DNA of 64,000 nucleotides, taken from positions 4,260,831 through 4,324,830 of the forward strand of contig CM082578.2 of assembly GCA_040954595.2 (NCBI GenBank). Reading direction: 5' to 3'. Source of the DNA: Balanoglossus misakiensis (Eukaryota > Animalia > Hemichordata). The notes under the pieces were generated by a model. It saw only the letters and a program-made list of their open reading frames with translations, ran no database searches and was not told the origin of the DNA. Both the position numbers and the translations under genes were made by a program. Shown piece after piece: positions 37,461-51,793 of this stretch. The first letter of the stretch is position 1. Every line of letters begins with the position of its first letter.

Positions 37461-40400
37461 TTAAAGGATATATTTTTCCAGATAAAAAAAACATGAGTAA
37501 AGTGCTCCCTGTGCACTGAGGAAACCTTCAGATGCTTGTTTGTTTCTTATGGAAATTATTCTTAAGAGACAGGTTGCACAGAAATACGTCGCCCACAAAC
37601 CCTTCGAGGGATCTGATAAGGACAATTGTATAATTAGTTCCTCTTTGAATTAGCCTGGTTATTTCTGAAGTACCTGTGCTCTTTTGTGTGGAACTGAAAG
37701 ATTGACTTGAAGCCCCCCCCCCCCCGATATGGAGGAATTTCTGAAATCACACTTTATGGATCGCGTTCAGCTCTACCACACAGAATAGATTCGACGTGTG
37801 AACTACTGGCAATTTGTACTGACACATTCAAATATCAGAGGGATAGCGCAATGAAATCATGCAATAGAGAGAGAGAGACATGTAACGATGCTGTTGCAAA
37901 TGATTTTTAACGCTAAATTTATTCAGCGGATTCTTTGAGGTGGTAAATTGTTATCACATCTCCAAAAGGAGCTGTACCTTCAGAAATCTTTCCCAACCGA
38001 TAAAGTTTCACGTATAGCGTACGGCGATCCTTTTTGAGCATGCGCTGTTGTCTTATCATGTCAGCACATTCATCCATTCCGTCGCACCGTACGAAACAAA
38101 ATCTCCATTTGTCGTTATTGTTTTTTAGGATAACAACCATCGCCCGTTACGCTCTCTTCAATGACCAGAGTAGTTTCGTATAGGTCCGCTGGGAATTATT
38201 TCAAGCGATTCTTCTTATTGCGATTTCACAAACAAGGAGCGACAACAGTATATCGTCTGCATGCAGGCATGGCTATTTGTCCCGAAAATTAGCGTTTTTG
38301 ATTTAAGGTGAGTAGTACGTGTATATTGGCAAACAAAATGATCTACGAGGGTGTAGTCTCTTTCGCCTGTCAGTCATATGGGTGTCAGTGAGGGTGACAC
38401 ACGCACCGGATTCTCACCAATCAATCACCAGACATTACAAAGCCAATGCTTTTGCACACACAAAAATTACAATGCACTTGTGAACGTTAACGTCTGATAA
38501 ACCTCGAAGATTGGTACTCGAGCTTTAAACGCTCAAATCGGTGACTCATTGCTCAGTGCCTTGAAGTGCCGTTCGACTGCGAAGTAGGATTTCATTTCAT
38601 GCCGATACCACTGGGGCACTTGGGTTGATGGGCATTGCATCTACTTCGCGACTGTGGTCATGTTAGCCTGCCATCGAGTGCGCGTACTTCTAGCAGCATA
38701 AACAATTGCATGTCCAAACTGTCTGCCCATCCGCGCGTCTGTCTGAGTGTCCGCCTCCCTGTCTGTCTATTCGCGGCCCGCATTTGCCAAAATACACCAG
38801 CGAGCAACAACACCACACTCACCCGCTCGTTACTTGGTTGTTTGCACGATTCAGCGACAGGTCAATTTACCACCCTCTGTACAATGTACCTCACATCCGC
38901 TTAACTATTCGAATATGTGACAATAATGAAAATGTCTTCTCCGCAACCTGCCATACATACCTGCAAATAAGACCATCAGTCGAATTGTAAATCGCATAAG
39001 TCGCATCATTCAATTACAAGGCGAGACCAATCTTTAATATCAGTGACTAAATTTCCAGGAATTGGAGCCAAACTTTTGTAACATTGCATATAATTCCTCC
39101 GAAAATTATTTTACTAGCAAAACGTTATTGTGATTGGTATACATGAATGTGTGTGCGCGATGAATTACAAAGCGAACAGCTCTCAGACTTCTAAGACGAC
39201 TGCACAAAAACGCAAATGCACACTGTACGTAGGCGACCTGTTCTACACGTGTACAATGGACAAATATGTGTCGATAACATTTCTTGCTTCATACACGTAT
39301 GGTAAACTTGTTGATATGATTGTAGATATGATGATAAAAATGTCCATGGCGGGCTACCGCGCTGCTGTCGCCATGCTTGATGGCGCACCAGAGAATTATT
39401 TTGACGAAAAGTAAAAGATATCGCGTCATCAGATCATAGATTTATTGTGCCTCCGACAAACGACAAACGGCATCGTCAGAGTAGACCTAGTGGATTCATT
39501 AAGAAACCGACACGTGATAAGTGTATATGAGTAAGACCTGCTATCTCCATGTGTGTGTTTTTTTTTGCGTTGCCTGTCTGTCTTTCAGTCAATCAGTCTG
39601 TCTGATGTCTGTGCAACAGCATAACTATCTGGCTGTCTGCACGTCTGTAAGTCAATCAGTCTGTATGTCTGTCTGTATATAAAACGAATTACACATGATG
39701 CTCGGGCCTGCGGCTCGGTTATCATCAATATTATGGCGAGAGATCACTATCCCTGGTGCCTGCCAGCCGGCCTGACATCTCTCGGTCTGTTTTCACGATA
39801 CATATTACAATTTGCATCATTTAGATCATTATAATCATTTCATTGCAACGGTCCTAAATTGCAAACGCACTTTTGTAAACATTTTCGCTGACTGTGTTAG
39901 GGTGACAGTTTGCACACCGCGAAATTGGTTTGAAAACCTTTTTCTCATCATGAGGCTTTGTAGGATTACTTCCTCAAGTAGCAATTTCCAACGAGTTGAA
40001 GGAGTGGACAAACGGAAGCAGGACTCTGTACAAGAAAGAAATAATAGCTGGCAATCCAATCGGCTACGTATCCCCAGGAAGAAGCCCCCAATCCCACACT
40101 TCCGGATCTTCCACCATACACATTAGTGTCGGTGGGCCAGACAAGAGCGCTATCGTTACCTCATCACCGCCTATACCTTTGAAATAATGTCGACTGCAGT
40201 CGACATATATGTTTAGCCTATAAGCACCTACGGCAGTACATTACTTAGGATGTGCGGATTTGATTTTGCGTACTGAATTACGTGTAACTTGAATAGGTAC
40301 ATGTACGTGTAGGGTTTGAGGCCGGGGTTTGAGTTGAAATCTTTCAAAATGCAAGTTTATTTGCCTGTTGCAAATATATTGTAACACACTTGGGCTTGAA

Positions 40401-41492
40401 TTTGCCATGGAGTTGGAAACTATTTTCTTTTTTCTACGTACAAATGTGATTTTGTTCTGTGCTAATCTGCAACGATAGTAGCTGACTGTGAAAAGTTCAT
40501 CGAACCTCAAGGGAATCGTTGCAGGATGTTTGGGCGCAAATTGTGAAACTACATAGAACTTTCGCAATAGAGTCCGCCGAAGATTAGACGTGAGTTCATC
40601 TCATGGTCTTGATTCACAAGGCGGCGCCAAACCTAATTGCGTTTGGAGACAGCAAACGTTTTGTTGCCATGCTGCTGATTATTCTCAATAGGCGGACAAA
40701 TGTGTTATTTGTATGAAGTTCGCGTCATACATCGCCATCGTACACCACCATCTTTCCCAGCTGTATTGCACTTTTATGAACGGTCTGCAAAAAATCCCTA
40801 AAATTGCCGAATTTTGACTTTCTTTACAGTAGCAGACGATAACGGCGGCTGCACTTTGCGTGACCACAGGCAAAAGCGGATTCGATGTTTATGAGCATAA
40901 CCGCACTGTTGCAACGTTGGTGAATGTTGTGCTAGACCGCGCGCGACCTTGCCTGTATACTGCGTATACTGCCTGTCTAGTCACACCTGAAACGCCGCGT
41001 ACGCTGTATGTGTTTTGGAACGGAAAGGCAGTCCAGCGCGGTGTCAATAAATTGTGCATGCTCAACGCGTATCATGGCGAATGACAGCGTTAATCGTAAT
41101 GCATCTCATCACCCGAAACCCGACTTGATAAATCATTCACGTCTCGGATCTTTACAGTGTTACATGCAATCTCTCTAAAGCATCATGCTCATAAACTTTC
41201 CTTTAAAGGTCAGCATAACTTGAGCTATCGCCCGGAACGAGCCTTGAATAATGCAGAATTCGTAATATCGTGCATACACAGATTTTCAGCTGCCACTGTT
41301 AATGATCGCCCCCTGATAAATTGCTGTCAACTATGGATAAGTTGTCTATCATATTAAACGTAATAGAGTGGACAATATTGACATGATCCTTAACAAAGTA
41401 GACAAACTACCAGATAAATATGTCGTCGTTTCGCGACATATCTGTGTGGCATTAGCACCATGAAAAAATAAAAGAAAATCGCCACGCTGTAA

Positions 41493-41572
41493 CCCACTGA
41501 AAATCTGTGATTCGCTAAATCTCAATTTGCCATAGTAACTGTAGCTAAACTTACATCGGTGACCGTGTACCT
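41493..41572. mobile_element. MITE family B, right half
   Basis: CCCACTGAAAATCTGTGATT ... GGTGACCGTGTACCT-TTAA. Confidence 0.7.
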
Positions 41573-41975
41573 TTAACTAAACTGGTATTTCTGCACCTTT
41601 CAATTTATACACGTATCGTTGGAATTGAGAATTCCGCAGCAAATACAAGATCTCGTAAACCCTTAATGTAAAGATTTATCTCAAACAGTCAAGTACAACT
41701 TTCACCAGCCACTCTTCAGTTTCTACTTGTTTTGTTGGTATTCTGGCCATTAACATTAGGTGATATAGTAAAATACATGGTGTATGAATAAGACATGGGG
41801 CAAATTAAAGACAACTGAAATTGTCACAAAATGGCCGACGACATGCAGGTCTATACACCTTGAAATATAATCCCTGACCAGAGTACTAAACTTAATTGGT
41901 GAATGACTAGTGTGAAGGCAAATGGAGACGCGAATCAAATTTAGAACATGTAAACTGGCCAAACGCTCCACTTAA

Positions 41976-42180
41976 AGTGACAAAGTCTCTCTATCGCTGC
42001 CCTTTTTCCATTAATTATGTTTGATACAAGACAGCGTTTATGTTATTCTACATGTGGATATATAGTGAATCAACGTTAAACCACACACAACTTCCATCCC
42101 GCTTGTATGATATGAGAGTAAAAATCTCGCTAAAATGAATAAATGGTAAACACCGATTATTCATTTTGGCGAGTTTTTCC
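41976..42180. mobile_element. Palindromic MITE family A, left part
   Basis: TTAA-AGTGACAAAGTCTCTCTATCGCTGCCC...; truncated after the centre. Confidence 0.85.
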
Positions 42181-44209
42181 CTCAGACTCAGGTTTAATAC
42201 CACAATTTCCCTGATGCACGCTACTTCAGGGGGAAGTTTTAGCAGTGCTCTATTGAGTATTTTAGCGTTGTTATATTGGGCTCTCGTCCAATCAGAATGG
42301 CGGGTGGTAGCATGATTATGGTATAATAGAATTAATGATATTTACAAAATTAATTTGAATCTGTTGGAAAGTTATTGTTTTTATACCAACTTTATCGAGA
42401 TAGACATCATCATCTATTAAATAATTTCCTCATGCCCACTTTAACAGCTTACAAAATAAAATAGAAATAAGACTAACAGAAAAATGCGTAATTAAATAAT
42501 TGTTTGTCTTATAACTTTGCGCAGGATGTCTTGCGTCATACTGGTATGAAATATTTTCCAGTGTTAAAGCATGTTGTAGAATTTATGCTAATTTGTGCTT
42601 GAAAACGTTCTAAAATGCTAAAAATTTTACCGTTTTAACATAATTTTTCCTCGAAAGGAAATATGAATGGATTTCGTAATATTATTAAAAATAAATAAAT
42701 GACACGGAACGTACATGTTATCTTGTTACTTTACAACAGGTCGGATTCTGTTTCGGCAGGGAATCTCATCGTCTCGAAAATAACAGCTCTATCAGTTACT
42801 GTGTGCATAACCATGCTAATATTAGCTGTGGTACGCAGCTGTACCGTTGGAGGGGGGGGGGGGTCAACGGTACAGCTGCTTACCACAGCTATGATAATAT
42901 AAACTTCCCAGTAACCCTCAGCTGTTCACAGTTATTTACATATCACGTGATGTAAAGTCGGGATAGAATATATACCGGTGTATATCGATTCTTGCCACCC
43001 CATTTGTAAATACACCTGCCGAACCCATGTCTAGTCTTTTTTAAAACGCCTGCTTTCTGAGGCAGGGTAGTCGTTTATCTCTGGTAATTGAGAACGACTT
43101 CTTCGGGGGAAAAGTTAGGAACACGTTCCGGACTAATTTCGGAAATCATCAGTGCGAAAATAACACCTTCTCGATTTGAAAACATTTCATATTGGTGAAG
43201 GAATACTAGCGCCACACCTTTCAAAATGTGTGTGATCAGTGTAAAATTCAGCAGATTTTTGGGGGGAAACTCAAATCTTTGAAAAATTCAGCAGTTTTTT
43301 TTCACAGATTACATCCATAAAAAATCAGCTAACACTTCCTTCAAACAAAAGGGTTTAGCTGATTTTTTTTAAAGAAAACATATGAAAATTTCCAGGAAAT
43401 GACTGTTTTTTGGGAGTGTGAATGAACTTAAAAGACAAATTATGACACATAACAGTTACATCAAAGTGTGGGTAACAATTATGTATGTAGAAGAAATCTA
43501 TGATTAAAAGGAAATTCAAAAAATTGATCTTAAATTCTTTACAACTCGTTGCGTGATGTTTTTTTGCTGAAATTATGATATATGCCGCACTATACTAGGA
43601 AAATGTATAACAGATGGCGAGAGATTCATCTTAAAAGATGAACCAAAGTTTTTTGAGGGGTTGACATTTTGTTCTGCGTGGGTGAAAGTGTTAATATTAC
43701 AGTGCGCCCAGCGTTTTCTTTGAATAATAAATGTACGCGCTGGAATAACCGGCAGTCGTCTATCCCTTCTGATCCGACTGCGGCGACTATTACATTTTCC
43801 TCTCACAGTAAACATTGTACTGTGCCATTCCCGTCGGAATCAAGCTTCCCGTGACACAGGGTTTTCGTCTTAAGCTACTTACCAGATTTCCTGGCAACCT
43901 GAGCGGATTCATTTCTAAGCAGCTGGGAATATGTATTATTCATAGAAGAGAAAACACACAAATATTAATAATTAATCGGTTACCTTGCTGACATATTAGA
44001 TTGAGCCACCTCGTTTACTGCCAATAGTGAACGAAACGCAGGTGGGTGAACAGAAAACGGAGCGAACGTGACGGGAATTTCGAATACGTAGCGGCAAAGG
44101 CTCAAGTGAGCGACGTCTGTCACGCATCGCTGATGGTATACGGTGTATTTTTAGCTTTAGTTTATTAAACATTGGACGATCTCCAAAGGGTACACAGTTA
44201 CGCCAACAC

Positions 44210-44466
44210 AGATAGATACATAGATACATAGATACATAGATACATAGATACATAGATACATACATACATACATACATACATACATACATACATACATACA
44301 TACATACATACATACATGCATGCATGCATGCATGCATGCATACATGCATACATACATGTACATACATACATACATACATACATACATACATACATACATA
44401 CATACATACATACATACATACATACATACATACATACATACATACATACATACATACATGCATGCA
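44210..44466. repeat. Compound microsatellite (ATAGATAC)n/(ATAC)n/(ATGC)n
   Basis: Directly visible tandem tetramers and octamers; source of spurious MYVC ORFs. Confidence 0.95.
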
Positions 44467-46912
44467 GCTAAACCTAAAGAGAAGGCATTAGCGTTTTGGA
44501 GAAATGGCGCCAGATTCCTTTCCACGCAGCAAGCGGTTTACCCATACGTGACATGATTGGCATCTGACTGGTAAACGCATATTATATCAAAGTGACTTGA
44601 GGTCTGTAAGTTAACGTTTCGGGTACTCGTCTTTTTCTATATCTTGTGTCCGGTGACAAAAATACCTTGGTTATTGTGACCCGGTCGGAGCTTTTTGTAT
44701 CAGTTAATTCTACATGCGCTTATATACGATGCGATACGACAACAGAAACACGATATACACGGTTACCGAAATACATATACTTGCAACATTGTCGAGAAGA
44801 AAACTTACTGTCAGAAATTATTTTTTAGGCAGTGATCTAAAAAATGGGTAGAGGAGTTGGAGATTTGTGAAAAAAATGTTAACATTCCTTAGATCCCCCT
44901 TGATGCCATGCACAATTTTTCGCCCCTCCCCTGCATGGTCAGAAACTGTCAAGCCCCCCTCCTCCCCCAGACATACACAGAAGCAGGTGAACTTTTTTAT
45001 GCAATTTCAATGTCAATAAATTTTAAATATATATATATATATATTGAAATGCATAAATTATGGACCTATATATGTGTTTTACGGCAAACGGTTTGTGGTT
45101 TAATTTCAAAAACCTCCTCGTGCATGCTCGTCTGTTTACTCTTAGGAAGTGTTCAGAAAATACATCCAGGGAGGCCCGGAGGATTTGTAATGATTGATTG
45201 TTGGATTGATTAGTTGGTTACACAAATGACGGACACATTTTAAAAACCATGTGATAGATATAATAAATATGAAAAATATCGGTGAGAGATATAGTTGATA
45301 TGTATATGAATGGGGGGGGGGTCTAAGAAAAGAAATTCTTAGGGTAGTCCATCCGTTTTTTTGTCATATTTGGGGGTGGGCATAGAAAAAAATTACAAAG
45401 AAATGGAAAATCCTCCACCCCTCCCTGAAAATAAAACCTGAATGCTCCCTTAGTAAATAATTGCATTTATTTCTTGTGCGCAGTTGACCTGTTTTAGGAC
45501 ACATCACCATCCAAAGATCACGTGCCGCTCATCAGGGTTTGCGCTACGATTATAATGCATTGCATGCAGATGAGTTCGTTCGGGGGCAGCTAAACGACGA
45601 CGTTGCACTGTACATGTTCGATAGACGATTTCATTCTGTGCTGACTGTAAAGGTAAATACACATACAGGGTCCCAGTCTCTGAATACAGTAAGCGAAGGT
45701 TTATTTTGTATTTAAATGCGCTGAGGTCGGGATTAGTTAAACCAAAACGGGCGATCGGTTATGTTGCTCATCGATACGCTTCTGTATCAAATGGGCCGTT
45801 GAATTGGCAACGCATCAAGCACGTCGTAAATTTAAACCTGCCGCTTCGAAGTGATAAGTTATGCATCTTTCGATGAATAACGTTGCGCCTTGACTGATCT
45901 GGGTATAGTCAAATAACTCTCCAGTGTAATAATACACTCTATAGTTAAATAGTGCGCGACCTCAACTTTCAAGCTGAAATGTAACGTGCATCATTTGTGT
46001 CGATGTATAGTCACCTTTTTATTTCACAAATTACCAATGTTAGTATTTCCGGCTTTACATTTTACATATTCATTTTAATTCGCTAGTCTATAATCATTTT
46101 TGTAACAGCGCAAACTACAACATGGTAATTGTCTAAAGGGCTGTTCTAGAGAAAAAAGTCATATTCTGTGGAACTCGTGCCGCGGTGGAGCTAGCATCAA
46201 AACAATCGGGGTCGGTTATTTTTAGAAAGTACCGATAGTCATTTTTAATTCTTTTCTCGTCGTTGTACACCGCTCCCACTGCATGGAAACCTAATAATAC
46301 ATATAAGCATGGACAATAGCCTGTATTATAGTTGAATACAGTCTAGTCCATTGTTAATATAGAAAGTATTCACCGTGAATACAGATATATTCAGAATGCA
46401 TGCATGGATAGACAAGTATAAGCACTATTCTGTATACCATCTAATACACTGCAAGAATTCGTCAGTTTTTTTTCAAAGAATAAAGATTTGGACTTGTCTG
46501 TATTCATCTGTGCTCATCCCACGTCACCACAAATAATACGCTAATTCATGTAATTGTTCGTGTCTTAGAAAGTTATCGTTTGAAAAAAAAAACTAAATTA
46601 ATAGCCGCGACATTAATCTCAAACCGTCGTCTTAGTGACGTTTCTTTTTTATCGGTTCTTTATGTTGTGGCAAATATTACATCAAATAACGTTGAGATTG
46701 TCACTTTAGTGCAGACAGTTACGCGCATATAAATCTTACTTTACCCGCTTTGACCGTTAAATGAACATGTTTTGGCCGCGTGATCGACTTACATTTTCCC
46801 CGTTGGCTTGTTGATAGGTTTCGTCTAACAAATAAGTGAATAATACTTTCATATTCTTTCGCTAGCATTTTTTTTTATTTTTCTGTAAACGCCGTTTGAT
46901 ACAACTGATTAA

Positions 46913-47272
46913 GGCCTCCAGAGCTGCCACTTTTTGCATTATTTTCATGATTTTATTTTCCAGCTTAAATTAGTCCATCTAAATAAGCTTACTGATAGGT
47001 AATAACCGTATACATGAACATCTGATCGATGCCCGATTGCAGCTGTATGTTGCAATTTGAACACGCTATATATTAAAAGGGTGCAGCACCGATTTAATCA
47101 GCCTCCATACAAACAGTATATAGGCAGCTATCGTGGTATACATCGCCAACAGATGACAAACTGGCGCAAATACAACTAATATGGCTCAATGGTGAGGATT
47201 TTAAAGGATAGGGAATATGTTTGAAGTATTTTATCATGGTAACATATATGAAATTTGGCAGCTCTAGAGGCC
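46913..47272. mobile_element. MITE family D (Kolobok-like, TTAA TSD)
   Basis: TTAA-GGCCTCCAGAGCTGCCA ... TGGCAGCTCTAGAGGCC-TTAA. Confidence 0.85.
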
Positions 47273-50210
47273 TTAACATATCACAATACTCCACACGGCT
47301 GCCAGTAAGTGGCGATTAATTGAGTACGTTTGGATGTAATATATGGCCACCTACCATCTCACTGTGCGATTTCCAGAAATAGATTTGTTGTACTATTCTT
47401 GTCCATCATATTCTCTCTGACATGTCTGAGCAAGGCTTACTGACACAATTGCAATTTAATGAAAAAGTGAATATCGTCACAGGCATGAATTGCAAACAAC
47501 CGTGGATGTCTGGTTTTTTGTTATCCCTGTGAAGCCTCCGTGTGTATCTCCATTTGCCAAATTCACGGACAGAAAACGGAAACAACAAACACAGGCGACT
47601 CCCTTCTGTATACAGGTGACAGGTCCGGAATTTTAACTCAAAGACATAATTTCAGCTACATAGTGGATATTTTATTTATTTCAAAACCCCCCGTAAGAAA
47701 CGTACTTACTATGTATTCTGGTTGAGCTGGGATGGAAAGCCAAACACATCACGAACATGTCATCATTCTGTGTGAACTTTAATAGAACAGAGAAAACAGT
47801 CCAAACAACGAATAAAATACCGACAAACAGCCAAAAAGTTCAACTTTGTCTCAGCACCTTTCATGTATACGTGCAGATACTGTGTAGATCATACATTAGA
47901 AATCGAAGTCAAACTTTAGTCCATGCAACATAGGCAAAAGCAGCGTTTGCTCATTGTGTTTAACACTAGAGCGAATATTATGCTTTCGCCCGCAGATGTA
48001 TTTTTAAAAACCATTCTGGCGCGGTACCTGTCACTATGATAGGTTTTTATTTTTTTGTCATTCAGAGTTCCCCCGATTTCGATGCGTCATGAAGTAACAC
48101 GATTGCAGTCTTCATTTTTGGATTTCGATAACATTCATTAGTCCAACGTTGTTTGTTTTACGAGGTTAAACCTGGATTACTCTATATGTTCTTACTGTCG
48201 TCGGATGATGGACAGTTCGAGATGTCGTCTTGTGATTGTGTGAGTGGCTGTCTGATTGTAATTATCTGCGATCTTATCTTTTCTGTGATCCATAAATAGA
48301 AGATAAAACAGGGTGGTAACATGTAGGCTTTACTTCATTTGTTCTTCAGTTCGTTTGATATTGACACGGAAGGCCGAATGTGAGAGGGAAATCTAACCTT
48401 TTTATATTCCGATTATCAGTAGCAAACGATTCCTCCGACATCAAATCCGTAAAGGCTATACATTAGGATTCAAATTGCTGACTAACGGTTGCTAATGATA
48501 ATTTCCAAAAACATTCAAAATGTAAAGTTTCATCATTTTCTCTGCATTTACATTAACAGTTCTCTGCATTAACTGAAATATTCATTTTATGAATTATAAA
48601 CAAGATATAATTTGTTTTTATATTATTTATTTTAAGTTTATTTGCATCCCTACCATTCAACTACATTTAATATAGGATAGTTTATTCATTACCAATGACC
48701 AAACTCTCAAAATACACGTATTACATGTATTTGTCGCTAGTACTGTGCACAGACAGATGCATTGTAACAATTCTGCAGATAGAAAAAAACAAAGACATAA
48801 GGAATTATGCATGTACATTATTCAACGTTTCATGCCCACGTCTTGTCGCGTAGAAAATGCATCTGTTGAATTTAAAAGCATGCAGTGTCTACTTTATCTG
48901 AGGAAAGAAGTCATGTAAATTTATGCAGGAAAGGGGGATTGTTGATATAGAGTGGAATATGTTTGACTCTCAAACCGGAGTACCTTGAACGAACTAGCAA
49001 AAATGGAATTCGTCTTCGACGCATTTCAAAGTACACAGGTCACACAGTCTGTCACGACTTGGAATATTATCAGAAGGATAATCTAAACACACGTTTCTCA
49101 ATCTGAAACAAATATAGTTCTATGCGCGGAGTTCTTTTTTAAGTTAAAGAGGTTTCTTATCTTCCAGGGTTACTCATATTTTCAATCCATGATTGTGTAT
49201 CAATATCGATATATCTTTGTACATAGCTTCATTTCCCGACACCTTGGTTCTCTCATACGTCACCGAAACCATAACTCGGTAGCAAAATAAGTAATTTTTT
49301 GCCCCAAACCTATAGTGTGTAACTTCAATATTGCAAAGCTGGACCTCGTATAAATTACATACAATTCTATTCTTATCAATTTTTAATATACGTAGCCAGT
49401 TTTTGATGATTTACGATAGATATGAATCCTTCCGGTAACTTTACCATATTCGCATCTCGTGGCTGTTACTGAGTTATTGTTATACAGTTTTTAAGCAAAA
49501 CGCGTCATTTTGTTGTGAAGTTTTTCATTGTCTTGAGCTGGTCGGAAACCCCATATTTCTGAAACATGAATACTTTAAGCATCAAATAATGTCCATGCAA
49601 TGTCGACCGGCAAAGTGCTAAAGTTGTGTGGACAATTGTGAGGGTATAAAGAGCTTTAACCATAAAATGAAGTAACTGATACCTGCTGACCAGGATTATA
49701 ATATCATTTTTATACTGTTTAGCTTTTTAGTATGCATAATATTTCTCCTTGGCATGATGTATATAGTTACGTCTCATTTGTTTTCAAGTCCCTTCAACTG
49801 CTAATATGTTGCGTAGACTTTCGTATTGTTCATACTATTATGTGGTCGGCACCAGTTTTAAAACGCCAACTTTGATGGTCCCTTATCGATATAACCCCTT
49901 ATGAAACCAAACCACATGTTCTTGAATGGAAAGTGTAGATGAAAGCAACGAATTCAAATTCATGCGGAGAACAGCGATAACTTCGAATCATTTTGATAGC
50001 ATACATTTTATTCTTGATTGCGCATTTTACACGACGGTCAACCACATACATGTACGTGCACTTTTTGTAAGTAACATGCACGCATTACCCTTTTTTTATG
50101 GAAACGCATGTATATTGTTTCAGGACAGTTGCAGGACAATACATAGTAACTGCGTGCTTTGTGTACTTGCACTAGAACGGCGGCAGACATATTGGTTTTG
50201 CGAGGTGTAC

Positions 50211-50655
50211 TATGAGGTTATTACGAAAATACCGCAAAGTATGCACAAGGACATTAGCGCCAAGTATCGCCCGACGCACAGCGGAGGGCGATGCACTGCG
50301 CTAATGTCCGAGTGCATACTTTGCGGTATTTTCGTAATAACCTTATTATTATACATCTTACATCTTCGTTAGTTCTTGTGTTGCATGTTACTTGGCTTTC
50401 AAAACGCCTAAAATGCCGATACAATCGATCGAAAACCGCTCAGTTGACTCAGTGAGCAGCCATCTTTCTTTTTTGTTTACGTGCGTTGGAGTGGGGGTGT
50501 CTTGAAACTGTCCGCATAACAACGCATACCTGTACACGGTGATTTTGGGGCGCCTTGAAACTCAAGACTTATTTAACACGCGTTCCGTACGTACCGTTCC
50601 GTACGGCTTTTTATTGCACGCCAAAATCTATTGTTCTCGGCACTAGATGTATAAT
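50211..50655. mobile_element. Hairpin-headed non-autonomous element with asymmetric inverted repeats
   Basis: About 137-bp palindrome at 50211-50347, then ATTATACATCT (50348) ... AGATGTATAAT (50645-50655). Confidence 0.55.
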
Positions 50656-50799
50656 AAAAGGGTGTATATCCATGCACGCAAAGGCGTATTTCGTCTAAAT
50701 CGATTCTAATTCGCATAAGAGCACATCCGGCACATCCGTTTGCTGCGCAAATGCCGTGGAATGAATTATGCGCTAAGTGAGTGTGTTATAGTTTACTTA

Positions 50800-51793
50800 G
50801 AGAATAATGAACGCCCCAAAGACCCATAATGGACGAAAGCACACATTGTGCGTCATAATATACGAGGCGAAGCCGAGTATATTATGGAGCACAATGTGTG
50901 CTTGAGTCCATTATGGGTCTTTGGGGCGTTCATTATTCTCATTATTTTATAGTTTTGTCAATGCCAGTGAATTTGCAGACTTCAAAAAGTATAGGTGCGA
51001 ACAATTCAGACTCGGACACGGAGATCGAGAACAGAGCAATGGCGTACGCGTAAACAAAAGGTCACCTGATCGTGGTGTGTCAGTGTACTATACATTTCTA
51101 GTATCATATTCAAACATCAGGAAATAAATAATGAAGGTTTATTTACGCATGTGAAAATTCATTTAAGGGTTGTGCTGAAATATATCTGAAAAAGTTTCGA
51201 TTTTTGTGTAATCTTGGGGAGGACTCGGGGAATATTTGAATTCGTTTGCGTTCTCAGGAAAGTTCACGTATACAGGCGCTCGGAAGGTTGCAATACATAA
51301 ACAACTCGCCCTCGATCGACCCTCCGTACCGAGTAGACAACTAAACATGACAGTGACACTTGCGGCATATTTTTTTTACGTATAGCTTCGTTGACATGAC
51401 TGCTTGGTACATGGTACACGGTATGTATGGTGAACGAATGTCAAATCCAGCATCATCAGAGGTTTGCTTTACGTGCGTGAGCGAGCCATGTTGACTGCGC
51501 GTGATTCAAGAGCAGACGACATGTACTGCAGCCGTAGGAAGAAAAAATAAACAAAACGCCAGTCGAGGACAGATTTTGAAATTAATAAATATCGCCGTAT
51601 TTATTCTGTGTACGTTTCTTTTTTAGCCCTTAAAATGTTCGCATTGTTTGAAATCCTCCGTTATTCAGTCGGAAATTGTACACGTCCACTGGTTCTTGGG
51701 CGCGTCGCGCGTCCGTCGAATAACACGATACATTATCAGTAATAATGTATAGCTATGACGTCACAAAATTCACTGGTATTGATAAAGCTATAA
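50800..51793. mobile_element. Hairpin-headed non-autonomous element with asymmetric inverted repeats
   Basis: 141-bp palindrome at 50800-50940 centred on GGCGAAGCC; 28-bp IR at 50947-50974 and 51766-51793 (3 mismatches). Confidence 0.6.

Noticed and set aside
39812-40187. Overlapping 63-104 aa ORFs in the intergenic region
   Set aside because: No recognisable motif or consistent splice context in any frame.
43996-44556. ORFs with MYVC/YIHT repeats
   Set aside because: Translations of the (ATAC)n microsatellite.
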